From: Malacoraja senta
Lineage: Eukaryota
DNA: 64,000 nucleotides
Assembly: GCA_038087875.1 (NCBI GenBank)
Contig: CM075989.1
Span: 8,370,001-8,434,000, forward strand
Direction of reading: 5' to 3'
Position 1 is the first letter of the stretch, and every line of letters begins with the position of its first letter. The position numbers and the translations under genes were made by a program. Shown piece by piece: positions 39,036-51,679 of the stretch. The notes under the pieces were generated by a model that worked only from the letters and a program-made list of their open reading frames with translations, ran no database searches and had not been told where the DNA came from.

Positions 39036-39825
39036 GTTAAACATGAGATTGCACAAAGATAAGATGCTGTCAGTGCAACCAGAGTGTCTTAGTTGCTATC
39101 CTGAAACCTATCCTGTAAAACAAAACAAAATTGGACCTTGCTTCTAACATCTCTCACAAATGAACAGGCCATCAACTCATGCTTTGGCTGACCACATGGC
39201 AGCAGAAGGTTAACAACGTTTGAAGAACCATATTCAAGTTCAACACTTAATTTATATTGAAGGTAACCTGGTGGTACAGTTCCAAAGCATCCACACTTCA
39301 TTATCTTCCATCAGGATAGGAAGGACTCAGCAGAGTAAAACTAGATTACAAATGTTAGTAGTCTAGTGGGTTTCTAGAGAAATAGCATTTCTGCATTAAT
39401 ATGTCCCATGCCCACAAGGCTCATTTAATGCCTTGATGAAATATGCTATTGACCATATTCCATACCTATTAATATTAATAATAACCTGGATAATTCCATT
39501 AAATACATATACGTACACTTTACTTCATTGTATGAAATTCTTCCCCAAGATGGTAGGTTTTAGTATATTAAGTGTCTAATGATGAGGGTTCATTAATGAT
39601 TTCATTTTCACATTATACTTCGATGCTTTTTTAAGCTACAGATTAATTTCCTTTGTACTGATCTTTGCAAATGTGAGTCAATCAACTTTACCAAAAGAGG
39701 TCAATTTTTTTTAACACTTCATTATCTCTAGTTCTCACTTGACCCAATGAGTGTCTCGTCACTTAGTATAAACTGTTTCTATGATTTAATTAAGCCATAT
39801 TTATCATTGTCTGAGCCTATATCAC

Positions 39826-39879
39826 GGGGTGGAAGATTGCAACCTTCACGTGGTCCTCCCTGTTTCGACGAATGCAATC
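39826..39879 (+). ncRNA. HDV/CPEB3-like self-cleaving ribozyme (best-paired copy)
   Basis: P1 GGGGUGG/CCUCCCU (G1-U wobble, one U-U), P2 GAUUGCA/UGCAAUC (7/7), P3 ACC/GGU, L3 UUCACGU, P1.1 G, minimal P4 U-UUCG-A, J4/2 CGAA. Confidence 0.8.
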
Positions 39880-39936
39880 AACCCGGCGTGCACAATCAAA
39901 TAAGATCAAATAGAACAAGTTGTCCTAGAAGAAGAA
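39826..39936 (+). mobile_element. Ribozyme-headed short retroposon, copy 1
   Basis: HDV-like fold at 39826-39879; (aga)n tail; degenerate TSD cctatatcac / cctctatcac; ~30-nt deletion in the 3' half. Confidence 0.8.
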
Positions 39937-40479
39937 TCCTCTATCACTTTGCTGAGATACCAACAGATTTTTGGCTCTTGTGTGGCCATACCCTAAAGTC
40001 TTCATCAGGAAAGGCTAAAAGACTGTCCGTTAGCATGAGGTGCCTTGAAGTTGGCTGCAGAGCAAGTTAACTCCTGCCCCAGAACTTGGCATTGGTTTAT
40101 TATTGTCCTGTGTACCAAGGTACAGTGAAAAGCTTTTGTTTGTGTGCAATTCTGTTCAATCAAGTACAAACAAGACATACACAAGTGCAACAAGCTGTGC
40201 AAAAAGAAAAATACCAGAGTACAGAATATATTTCCACAGCATTGTAGCCTAACAATTACATTTTTTTTTAAACTCCAGCATCTGCAACAGGTTGGAAGAT
40301 CAGGACTACACACTAATTTATGGGAGGACCATTCAATATTCTGATACAGAGGAGATGTAACCTGGAACCACTTCAATTTGCCTATTGCCACATTAGGTCA
40401 GCAGCTGCTATTTTACTGCCTCTCCACTCTGCTCTGGGCTGTCTGGATAAGAGGAACACCTACTTCAGGCTGCTGTTCA

Positions 40480-40960
40480 TCAACTACAGTCCACATTGAA
40501 TACTATCATCCCTTCCAAACTCATCAGCAAGTTCCAAAACCTGGGCCCCTGCATCTCCCTGGGCATTATCTGGATCCTTGACTACCTCAATGGCAGACCG
40601 CGATCCTCGAGTGTGGATAGGTAACAACATTTCCACCTCTCTGACATAAGTGCATCTCAGGGCGACATGTGTAGCCACTCTGCTCTACTCTTTTTACGCC
40701 CATTATTGAGTAAGCACAGCTTCAGTGTCATCTACAAATTCGCCACCATTCGCCACTGCTGCAGGCCGAAATCACGGGTATTGAGGAGTCAGTGTACAGG
40801 AGAGAGACAGAACATCTGGTTGAATGGTACCACATCAACAACCTGACGTTCAATGTCGACAATACCAAGGAAGTAATCGTTGACCGGAAAGGGAAGGTTG
40901 GGAGAACACGTACCAGCTTTCATAAGTGGGTCGATGTGAAGAGAGTTAGCAGCTTCTACT
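40480..40960 (+). mobile_element. Decayed Rex1/Babar RT fragment
   Basis: YRRETEHLVEWYHINNLTFNVDNTKEVIVD (ORF 40792-40995). Confidence 0.7.
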
Positions 40961-41137
40961 TGGTATTGGATTCTTATTTGGTATTCGATTATTAGTGTCA
41001 CATGTACTGAGATATAGTGAAAAACTTCCTTTTTTTGTCCTTTCCTGTCAAGAGGCAGCAGTGTTATTCATAGTGGTAGACACACAAAATTGCAAATATG
41101 AAGGTAGTTTAAATAAATTATTAACAAATAAATTATT

Positions 41138-41440
41138 GGGCAGCACTGTGGCGCAGCTGGTAGAGCCACTGCCACACAATGTCAGAGATCCAGGTTTGAT
41201 CCTGACCTTGGGCACAGTCTGTGCAGAATTTCAATGTTCTCCGAATGACCGTGAGTGTTTCCTCCAGGTGCTCCGGTTCCTCCCACATCCTAAAGACGTG
41301 TGGATTTGTAGGTTAATTGGCCTCTGTATATTACCCCTGGTTTGTAGGCAGTGAGAAAGTGGCATAAGATTGAACCATTGTCAACGGGTGGTTGATGGGC
41401 GGCATGGTCCAAAGGACCTGTTTCCATGCTGTATCTCGAA
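41138..41440 (+). mobile_element. HE1-like tRNA-derived SINE
   Basis: A box gtggcgcagctggtaga, B-box-like ggtttgatcc, typical body. Confidence 0.75.
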
Positions 41441-42414
41441 AAGAAACTTAAAAAGTATTGGTTGGTGATATCAAGTAAATTTTCAAAAGCTAGTTGATTA
41501 CCAAAGTCAATTTTATTTCTATAGTACATTTTAAAACAACTCTTGTTGACTAAAGTGCTTTACATCAGTGCAGGTACTAACATGCTACATACAATGGTAC
41601 ATAGATCTACCAATACATACATACATACATACATGCAGCGCTCCCTCAGAGGACCTCAAGAAACGCTTGTGAGTAGAAATAAGTTTTAAGTCTAGACTTA
41701 AAGGAGTTGATGGAGGGGGCAGTTCTGATGAGAAGAGGGATGCTGTTCCACAGTCTAGGTGCTGGGATAATGGGTTTTGTTGGCAGCCTCGAATGGCGTT
41801 AACACCAGCAAGTTTGGGATGTGCACACTGACACAAAGCTCTGAACTTGCTGCCATGATCCACCCTGATTTCCCACCAGTCACTGTAGACCAGGGACGTA
41901 TTGGAATTCCCCACTACTCATCGAGAATATCCTATCAAATCCACCACCAGCTTCAAACGCATTGATTTGAATGGAGATATTAGCTACAAAAAAAGTAAAG
42001 GAAGCGCAAGTGACATTGTTCCAAATATTTGTATTTTTAGTAATGTTTTTAAATATTTAGGGCTTTAGTTGATTTATTTTTCATAACATTTTAATAATTT
42101 AAACACTTTAATTATTTAGAAGTATTTTTAGCTGAGTTTATTTTTAATTATATTTTAATAATTTAAACATATTTTAATTGTTTATTTAAAGTTTAATGCT
42201 TTTTAAATGTTTTTGAATATCAGGAACATTGAAAACCTTGAGAGCTTTGGCAAATTTCAAAGCAGGAGGTGGGGGGTTCCTGTCCAGCAAAGGAGCTTTA
42301 TTTATGTGTGTTCTTAACTATCCTTTATACATATCTCTGTTTTACACACAAGTTTTTCCTGCTACTCAGGGGCTTGCTGCCTGGTTCTAGAATGCTCTCT
42401 GTCAGCACAATTAG

Positions 42415-43778
42415 GAGGGTGGTACAGTGGCGCAGCGGTAGAGTTGCTGCCTTACGGCACCAGAGACCCGGGTTTGATTCTGACCACGGATGCTCTCCAT
42501 ACGGTGTTTGTACGATCTCCCTATGATCGCATGGGTTTTCTCCGGGCGCTCCGCATGCAAGTGGAGAGCATAAAGTTCCTCAGGGTGCAAATTACGGACA
42601 GCCTCACCTGGTCCAGAAACACCACTGGGACCGTCAAAAGGGCCCATCAGCGACTGTACTTCCTGAGGAAACTAAAACAGGCCTCACTCCCCACCAACAT
42701 CCTCAGGACTTTCTACAGGGGTACGGTGGAGTCTGTACTCACGTACTGTTTAAATACGTGGTACTCAACCTGCAACTGCTCGGACAGGAAGGCTCTGCAG
42801 AGGGTAGTGAGGGGAGCAGAGAAGATCATTGGCGTCTCCCTACCCTCGGTACAAGAACTGTTCCTGAGCCACTCTGTACTCACAGTCACCTGATTCTGCG
42901 GCTTGTCACGGACACTATAATAACTGGCACTGGCCACTTCAATAACTGGCACTGGCCACTCAAATCAGCCACCCCGGACATGTTTATGATTGGTCTTACT
43001 GTATTTTTTTTTTTTTTTTTTTTTTTTTAATTAGAAGTACATTACATTACAACCACATACATTAGTACTCGTCACTTATGTCTTCTTACAATTAATGTAC
43101 TCCATTTGTTTTTTACACTAGTAAAAGGAAAAGATAAGATTGAAAGAAAGAAGAAAGTGAAGGAAAAAGTGAGAGTGTAGAAAATGTGACAACAAAAAAG
43201 GACGAAGACCCTATAAGAACAAAATTAAAAACAAAAGAAAAAGAGTTAAGAAATAGACCCTAGAAAAGAAGGAGAAAGAGAAAGAGGAAAAAGAGAGAAA
43301 CAAATATTTTTTATGAGCATTACGCAAATGGGACATACCAACTCTTCAACTATCATCCCCCCTTACCTGACCTCAATTTTTTTTAAGGTAAGGTCTTACT
43401 GTATTTTAACGTTGTTTGTATCTATTTTAACTTATACTGTTCCATCAGGGACTGGATTGTTTTAGTGTTGTTATTATTATGTGTGAAATGTTTTAAACGT
43501 CATGTGCGATGCTCCGGTATTCCCTGGGAAACGTCTTTTCGTTTTGCACTGCACAACTGTTGCTTGCAAGATGACAATAAAGGAATTGAATTGAATTGAA
43601 TTGAATTGAATTCCTCCCACACTCCAAAGACGTGCAAGTTTGTAGGTTAATTTGCATCTGTTACTTGTCCAGAATGTGTAGGATAGTGCTAGTGGACGGG
43701 TTGATCGCTGGTTGGTGCGAACTCGGTGGGCCAAAGGGCATGTTTCCACTCTGTATCTCTAAAGTCTAAAGTCTAAAA
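42415..43778 (+). mobile_element. HE1-like SINE split by a Rex1/Babar fragment (~42554-43611)
   Basis: SINE head 42415-42553 resumes at cctcccacactccaaagac (~43613). The insert encodes VESIKFLRVQITDSLTWSRNT...QRLYFLRKL...FYRGTVESVLTY and ends in (attga)n. Confidence 0.85.
43004..43391 (-). mobile_element. 5'-truncated L1 copy (3' UTR plus poly-A)
   Basis: rc matches ~50590-50970; poly-T; TSD ggtcttactgtatttt (42992-43007, 43392-43407). Confidence 0.9.
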
Positions 43779-44382
43779 TTACCTCTTGAAATGAGGACAA
43801 ATAAGTGCGGGTAATGGACAGAGTTTAGTATGTGTCGGCTATGGGCCCTATTCATCGTAGTTTGATTTGATAAATTAATGTATTAGTCTAATTAAATTTC
43901 AACACAATGAGGATGTCTGGTTTAAGAATAATGTGAAGGATGGAATAGTTGCATCTTAGGGAAGGAAAAGTGGGAAGTTCAGTGTAGCTAAGATCTTACA
44001 ATATAAATCAAACAGAGACAAGAAAGTTTGCATGAGATTGGGGTTATAGGGTAGAAACCAGAACCATTAGTTATCAGTTAATACGGTCTGATGTCATTGC
44101 TGAAGAAGGAATAAAATGGTAATTGTACAATACTCTTCAGAGAGTTGGGTCATTCCAAAGTACTTTACAATCCATGGATAATTTTGAAGGGCAGCTGTCG
44201 TTATGCAATCAATGGCAGCAGTAATTTAGCCAGAGCATGTTTCCTCAAACACAAGTAATCAGCTTTTTCAGGAGAAATGTTGTCAGATTCGTGGGAAAAT
44301 GAAATTGTCTGTTAATCAGTGTTTTAATTTCCTTTACACCCATGCCAGCCTTAGTTTAATATCCCATTTCCAACAATACCCT

Positions 44383-44523
44383 GGGGTGGAAGATTACAAC
44401 CTTCACGTGGTCCGCCCTGTTTCGACGAAGGCAATCAACCCGGCGTGCACAATCAAATAAGATCAAATAGAACAAGTTGTCCTACAACTTTAGGCTGTGC
44501 ACGCCATACGCAAGAAGAAGAAG
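44383..44523 (+). mobile_element. Ribozyme-headed short retroposon, copy 2 (full length)
   Basis: HDV-like fold at 44383-44436 (P1 7/7 including wobbles, P2 with two mismatches); 3' stem ggcgtgcaca/tgtgcacgcc; (aag)n tail; TSD aacaataccct (44372-44382, 44524-44534). Confidence 0.85.
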
Positions 44524-44936
44524 AACAATACCCTGCAGTTGAGGCTGTCACTTTTCCAAGGCACAGGCAACCATCTTATGTGCTCCTTATCCTCAACTTT
44601 CTGTTCATACATTGACTGAGCACAGAACCATGAAGGCACTGCGCGTGTGATGAAGTCAAGGCAACACCACCAAACCAGAGTACAACCATTGACGAGGAAC
44701 ATTTTCTAAGCAAGAAGATGGATGGTTAACAAGAAAATCTTGCAACTTCCGGTGGCGTCATGTTGGACTAACAGACGTGCACCTAGCTCCACTCCCGAAA
44801 AACTTCACGATTTATCGTGTAAAACGGGTCCAGAAATCGGGATTGTTTTTAAAAACCTTACCGGAGCTTCTGGTTACCGCGCTGATGACGTCATCGTTAA
44901 ACGCGATGTTTTAAACGGTGGTTTGAAGCCCTTTAA

Positions 44937-46007
44937 ATGAGTAAATTGCCTCCAGCTGTGAGCCCTCAGAGAACAGTGAATAACCTGTTCAAAAAGTCTG
45001 AAGCAGAAGTTACCTCTGAAGTCTCTGAAGTGGCTGCAGAAATGGATTCAAGATCTAAGAAAGACTTTGATGATTTGAAGAAATCAATGAAAAATTTGAA
45101 AGATGAGATTTCGGATAATAGGGTGGAAGATAAGAAGGAAATGAAGGAAAATTCGGCAAAAATGATGGAAGGAATGGAGAAGATGATGAAGGATTTAAAT
45201 GCTGGTAACCAGAAGAATATGACGGATTTACTGGACATTATGAATAAACGAATTGATGAGGTGAAAGATGGACTATCAGAGAAAATGGATAAGATGGATG
45301 TAATTACTACGGATAAGTTCACGGCTGTACTTGAAACAGTAGCTGCAAGTATGCAGACAATTACGGAATTGGAGAAAAACACGGCTCGACTGGTTGAAGA
45401 CATGGCGAAATTGAGGCAAGAACATGAGCAAATGAGGCGAGAAAACGAACAAGCATCACTACAAATGGGGACTCAATTAGAGAAAGTCTCAGTCAAATGC
45501 CTGGACCTGGAAGCTCGCTCTAGACGCCAGAATTTGAGAATTCTTGGTGGTTCAGAGGGGGCAGAAGGGGAACAGGTACGTGAATTTGCCATGGGCTTGT
45601 TGAAACAACTGTTGAATCTTTCCAAGGAACCGAAAATCGAAGTGGCTCATCGTGTCCCAAGATTTGGAAAAAGATCTGGTGCGGGAAAAGCTTATCCACG
45701 ACATATTATAGTGAAATTTCGAGATACTGCAGAACTGGAATATGTTATGAGCAAAATCAAATATGGTGTACAATTGCGGCTGGACAAGGACACTATTAAG
45801 ATATTCAGGGACTACCCGTATGAAATTGTGCAAAAAAGAAACAAATTTGATACGGTTAAAGATCTTTTAAGAGGGAGAGAAGGGGTCAGATTTGGGGTTT
45901 TTTATCCCGCGAAAATGCGTATTTCCTTTAATGGTCTTGAAAAGTCATTTGTTAAGCCTGAAGACGCATTCAAATATGCCCAAACGATCGTTGAAAAACA
46001 GAAATGA
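44937..46007 (+). CDS. L1 ORF1p (coiled coil, RRM, CTD), 356 aa
   Basis: Heptad region then LEARSRRQNLRILG, IEVAHRV, PRHIIVKF, IFRDYP, FYPAKMRI. Confidence 0.92.
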   Translation: MSKLPPAVSPQRTVNNLFKKSEAEVTSEVSEVAAEMDSRSKKDFDDLKKSMKNLKDEISDNRVEDKKEMKENSAKMMEGMEKMMKDLNAGNQKNMTDLLDIMNKRIDEVKDGLSEKMDKMDVITTDKFTAVLETVAASMQTITELEKNTARLVEDMAKLRQEHEQMRRENEQASLQMGTQLEKVSVKCLDLEARSRRQNLRILGGSEGAEGEQVREFAMGLLKQLLNLSKEPKIEVAHRVPRFGKRSGAGKAYPRHIIVKFRDTAELEYVMSKIKYGVQLRLDKDTIKIFRDYPYEIVQKRNKFDTVKDLLRGREGVRFGVFYPAKMRISFNGLEKSFVKPEDAFKYAQTIVEKQK

Positions 46008-46810
46008 AAGGGAGCTTTGGCAGATCCGAACCATTCTCAGCTATGTTTGGTCTGGGGATAGTTACACTGTTATCTCTGGAATGTTGAATCAAGGACATTT
46101 TCTGTTCAAAACGTGTAAACAACTTAACAGTTGGAATATGAATCAGAAAATAATTGCTTATTGATTAAAATATTATAACCAATTGTAAGAACTTATCCTA
46201 TTAACAACTTAAAAAGTTATGCAGGTTAGATTAGAATACTAACAAAAAAAAAATAATGAACTAACATACTAATATGAATTTTTAATAAATTGTAACCTTG
46301 TCTATAAGCGGGAGGAGGGGATGAGAAACGAGCTCCTGGCTTATGTCCAGGAGCACGTCTCGTTAACCCCTTCAACCAACAGTTGATTCTTATTGAAATC
46401 AAAAATATTGGTTTAATAATTAAACTCCGATATATATATATGTTATAAGGAAATATCAGGGTAAAATTGTATTATATATCTGAATGTGAGGCCTCGTTTT
46501 AATATTTTAATATGTTATGATTAACTAAGAGAGCGGAGCTATTTGAGTAACAACGCAATGGAAGTCAAAACAAGGTTTTTTCCCACCTACAGGTGGGACA
46601 CTCGCTACAGTGCCGACTATATCAGACACTGTAGCCTCACTTTTTTAGGTTTTTTTTTATCACATAAAATCACTTGTTTGTGTTTTGTGTTTAGTGATAA
46701 GAGTAAAATGGACATACCAGCAAAAGTTAATAATTCAAAAACTCCCCCAATACCTAAAGACCTGGGACATGGACGCACCACAAGATTCAAAGGTACTATA
46801 ATTATTCAAA

Positions 46811-49800
46811 ATGCATGACACCACACAAAAGAACCTAGGAGGAATCTCATTTTGTAGTTGGAATATAAGAGGTATTAACGAACCTATCAAAAGGGGTAAG
46901 ATATTAGCTCAGCTAAAAATGTACAATTCTGACATTACCTTCCTACAAGAAACACACCTAAAACCTCAGGATCAAGTTAGGCTGAGGGCGAAATGGATAG
47001 GTCAAACATACCACTCTTCATTTACTTCAAAATCTAGAGGCACGTCAATTATTATAAGAAAAGGTATACCATTTAAAGCAAAGAATATTATAACAGATAT
47101 AGAAGGGAGATACTTAATAGTTAATGGAGAAATCCATGACACTCCACTTACTTTGGTAAATATATATGCCCCTAACTTTGATAACCCCCACTTTTTCAAT
47201 AAAATCTTCAATATAATTGCAGAGTCAAACTATCAAAATGTTATAATAGGCGGAGACTTTAACTGTGTTTTAGATCCGTACTTAGATAAATCAAGTCAAA
47301 AACAGAGAGGGAATATGAAATCGAAAACTGGGGAACTCCTCAATACCTATATAAATAACACTAATATAGCAGATGTTTGGAGAATTGTGAATCCAACTGG
47401 CAGGGAATATTCGTTTTACTCAATGGTACATAAGACATACTCACGTATAGACTACTTTCTGCTGGATACAAAATTAATCCCCCAAACATCTAATGCAATA
47501 TACCATACAAATTCAATTTCAGACCATTCTCCACTAACTTTCTTTTTAAAACTGGAAGGATTGTCTAAGAATAAATCATTCTGGAGATTTAACTCTCAAA
47601 TTTTAAAAGATCCACAAGCGAGTATATATTTAAAAGAACAAATGCAGGTCTTTTTTCAAACAAATGATACTTCAGATATATCGCCTACTTTACTTTGGGA
47701 ATCTTTTAAAGCATACATTAGGGGTATTATAATTTCATATCAAGCTTTTCAAAATAAAAAGAATAAGAATGAACAAAGACAGTTAGAAGAACTTATTAGA
47801 CAAATGGATATGGATAATGCTAAAGATCCATCAATAGATAAACATAATAAAATAATAATTTTAAAATTTAAATTAAATAAATTATTATCTGCCAAACTTA
47901 TAAGACTTTTTCAAATTACAAAACAAGAGCACTTTGAATTTGGGGATAAACCGCATAAACTTTTGGCTCGCCAGCTAAAAAAACGAGAAAAGGAACATAC
48001 TATACCTAAGATCAAATCAGATAAAGGGGAATTATTAACAACACCGAAGGATATTAATAAAAGATTTGCGCAATTTTACGAGAATTTGTATACATCTAAA
48101 ACGATAATTGATTCCAATAATATCACAAAGTTCTTGGATACCTGTAATCTTCCAAAGTTAGAGCTGAAGGAACAAGAGGAACTGGGTGCACAAATCTCAA
48201 TTAAGGAATTAGAAGATACAATAAACTCATTAAAAAATGGAAAAACACCAGGCCCTGATGGATTTACTAATGAATTTTATAAAAGCTTTTATGATAAAAT
48301 AATACCAAGATTACAAAAAATGTACCAATACGCTTTTAAAAAACGAATACTACCTGATACATTAGCGGAATCAACGATTACATTAATACCTAAGAAAAAT
48401 AAAGATTTAGAAGAACCTGGCTCATATAGAGCGATAGCATTGTTAAACACAGATCAAAAAATATTAGCGAAAACATTAGCTAGAAGATTAAGTAAATACA
48501 TTAGTAAATTAATAAACCCAGATCAGACAGGGTTTATCCCTAAGAGATACTCTTCTAATAATATGAGACGTCTACTCAACATAATGCACTCACACAAATC
48601 TGAAGATCAAGAATTATCAATTATTTCGCTGGATGCTGAAAAAGCATTTGATCAAGTAGAATGGAATTATATGGATAAAGTATTACAAAAATTTCAACTG
48701 GGAGAGAATTTTATTTTATGGATTAAGTTACTATATAACAAACCTACAGCTAGAATACTTACTAATAACATATTATCCTCGAAATTTCAACTATCAAGGG
48801 GAAATAGACAAGGATGCTCATTATCACCACAGCTGTTTGCTCTCATTATTGAACCGCTAGCAGAAAAAATTAGAATACACCCTGATATTCATGGATATAA
48901 TACTAAAGACTCATATAATAAAATATCTTTATACGCGGATGATATATTATTGTATATTACAAAACCTCAAATCACTATACCAAATATATTAAATTTAATT
49001 GAAGACTTCGGATCTTTTTCTGGATATAGAATAAATTGGAATAAAAGTGAAATTATGTCAATAAAACCGAAAGATTCAACACATCTTTTAAAATTCCCTT
49101 TTAAAATAGCTACAGAAAAATTTAAATATTTGGGAATCGAAATTACCAGAACATATCAAGGTATGTTCAGGGCAAATTTTGACCCCCTACTTAATAAACT
49201 AAATACATTAATTAAATTCTGGAAAACGCTCCCGATGTCTTTAATAGGCCGAATAAACGCAATAAAAATGATCTTTTTACCACAAATTTTATACCTATTT
49301 CAATCAATTCCTATATACTTACCTAAGAAGTTTTTAAAAAAACTCGACTCAGATATCACTAATTTTATATGGGACTATAAATCACATAGAATACAAAAAA
49401 CCCATCTGAATAAACCTAAAGTATTGGGGGGTCTAGCACTACCTAATTTTATGTATTATTATTGGTCAGTAAATATTAAAAACATGATTCAACTGATGGA
49501 TAACTCCGCCCAGCAAGTAGACTGGATTGTAATGGAGAAAGAGGATTGCTCCTCTAGAAACATTGGAGCGATCCTCCTCTCTCCAATGAAACTGAATAAC
49601 ATAAACTATAATAAGAACCCAATTATTCATAGTACAATCCGTATTTGGAAACAAATAAAACAAAATTTAAAATTAAGAAACTTATCACTTTTATTACCTA
49701 TAGTCAATAACCCTTCGTTTAGTCCTTCTATTATAGATAAAGCTTATACACAATGGGATAGACTAGGAATTAAAACGCTTGGTGACTTGTATGAAACTGG

Positions 49801-50582
49801 AAAATTACTTTCATTTCAACAATTACAATAATCAATATTTTAAATATTTTCAAATATGCGACTATTTGAAAAAATATACAAAAGATCATTATAATAATCC
49901 AGTAGATGTATTGGACGAGGCAATGCAGACAAAAGCGGAATCAGCAAACTTAATATCATATTTGTATAATATTATTTTAAATGTACAAATACCACCTACG
50001 GAGGGTATCAGAAGAGACTGGGAACAAGAATTAGCTATTAAAATTTCAAAGGAAAGTTGGAATGAATACTTATTAAACGTGCATAAATGCTCGATTAATG
50101 TAAGACACACTTTAATACAATTTAAAATTTTACATAGATTATATTATTCGAAAACTAAAATTCATAAAATTTTCCCAAACGTTTCATCTATTTGTGATAA
50201 ATGTCAATCCCAAGAAGCAACTATAGCGCACTCATTTGTCTTCTGTACAAAAATTCAAAAATTTTGGAATGAAATTTTTGAAATCTTTACAAAGTTATTT
50301 AAAACAAGACTGATACCCAAAGCAGAATGGATTATCTTCGGAATAACGGAAGATGATCCAGAACTAAATGTGTTTCAAAAGAAATTAATGGACTATGGGT
50401 TAATAACTGGAAAAAAGCTAATTCTAAAATTTTGGAAGAAGGCTCCAATACCAACTATAAATATGTGGATTTCAAATATGTTTGAAACATTACACCTAGA
50501 AGAGATAAGACTCCTCCTAGCAGGTAAACCAGATCACTTCCACCTGACGTGGTCTGCATTTATAGAATTATTACAAACATAG
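46811..50582 (+). pseudogene. L1 ORF2p (APE endonuclease, RT, Cys domain), broken once near 49828
   Basis: SWNIRG, LQETH, GGDFN, SRIDY, SDH; KTPGPDG, SLDAEKAFD, RQGCSLSP, YADD. Continues in another frame (49779-50582) with CDKC-x8-H-x4-C. Confidence 0.92.
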
Positions 50583-51475
50583 GGTGCAAAAGTACTTTAA
50601 AAAAATAAAAAATTGAGGTCAGGTAAGGGGGGATGATAGTTGAAGAGTTGGTATGTCCTATTTACGTGATGCTCAAAAAAAAACATTTGTTTCTCTTTTT
50701 TTCTCTTTCTCTTTTCTTTTCTTAGGGCCTATTTCTTAACTCTTTTTCTTTTTGTTTTTAATTTCGCTCTTATAGGGTCTTCGTCCTTTTTTGTTGTTAC
50801 ATTTTCTACACTTTTCTACACTTACACTTTTTCCTTCACTTTCTTCTTTCTTTCAATCTTTTCTTTTTCTAGTGTAAAAAAATAAATAAAGGGAGTACAT
50901 TAATTGTAAGAAGATATAAATGACGAGTATTAATGTATGTGGTTGTAATGTAATGTACTTCTAATAAATAAAAATAAAAAAAATAAAAAAAGAAAATCTT
51001 GCAACAATTGGTCTTTCTGTCACCAATCTAAAGTCTAGTGGATTGGTTCATTAATGAACTGCAATTGGAGCTGGCAGCTAAACTCCAACATAAAAGCAGC
51101 TTTAAATCTTTTTATCGTGTAAGGTGTAATAGTATTAAAGGTCACTCATTTCTGATCATAGAACAGATTCAGATTAATTTATTGTCACGTGCATCAGGGT
51201 GCAACATATTTCTTCATATGAAGCTCATAAGCAGTTTATGGTTACAATAGATACAATAATAAATATAACAGCAAATGCAAAGTAGCTAAATGATGTAAAA
51301 ATTGCAGTGTAATCTGAAGTAGTGCAAAAATGTTTGCTCTGCCATACAATTACAGCCGATACAATTTTCTCGCACTTGCCCTATGCCATTGATGTCCTCA
51401 TTGAACACAAATTTAATACTCAACAATAAAAGTTTCATTAGTCCCAAGATAGTCTTTTACATTTGACAGCAGTTT

Positions 51476-51493
51476 GGGGGGGGGGGGGGGGGG
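51476..51493. repeat. Poly-G run
   Basis: About 18 consecutive G. Confidence 0.8.
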
Positions 51494-51679
51494 AAATGCT
51501 TCCTAACTAAAGTGCCTTTGAAATGGTTGTGCTTTTAATTTTAATATTGTCTCACCGCCACCCTTCCTCATTCCTGATTCTCCCAATCAAGAAAACATTT
51601 TCTCATTATCAGTGGTCCTTTCTGTCTAAAGAATGTGAGAAGCAACATGGAAGGGTATTGATTTGAGTCTTATTGTCTC

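Larger units (their letters stand above)
44747..50989 (+). mobile_element. Full-length L1 retrotransposon
   Basis: CpG-rich 5' UTR, ORF1, ~800-bp spacer, ORF2, 3' UTR, AATAAA and A-rich tail; TSD aagaaaatcttgcaac (44731-44746, 50990-51005). Confidence 0.95.

Noticed and set aside
42415-42490. tRNA genes (also ~41140 and ~11990)
   Set aside because: A/B boxes continue into SINE bodies; no complete cloverleaf.
44966-45403. 145-aa antisense ORF in L1 (ORF0-like?)
   Set aside because: Lies wholly opposite the coiled-coil codons of ORF1, where stop-poor antisense frames are expected.
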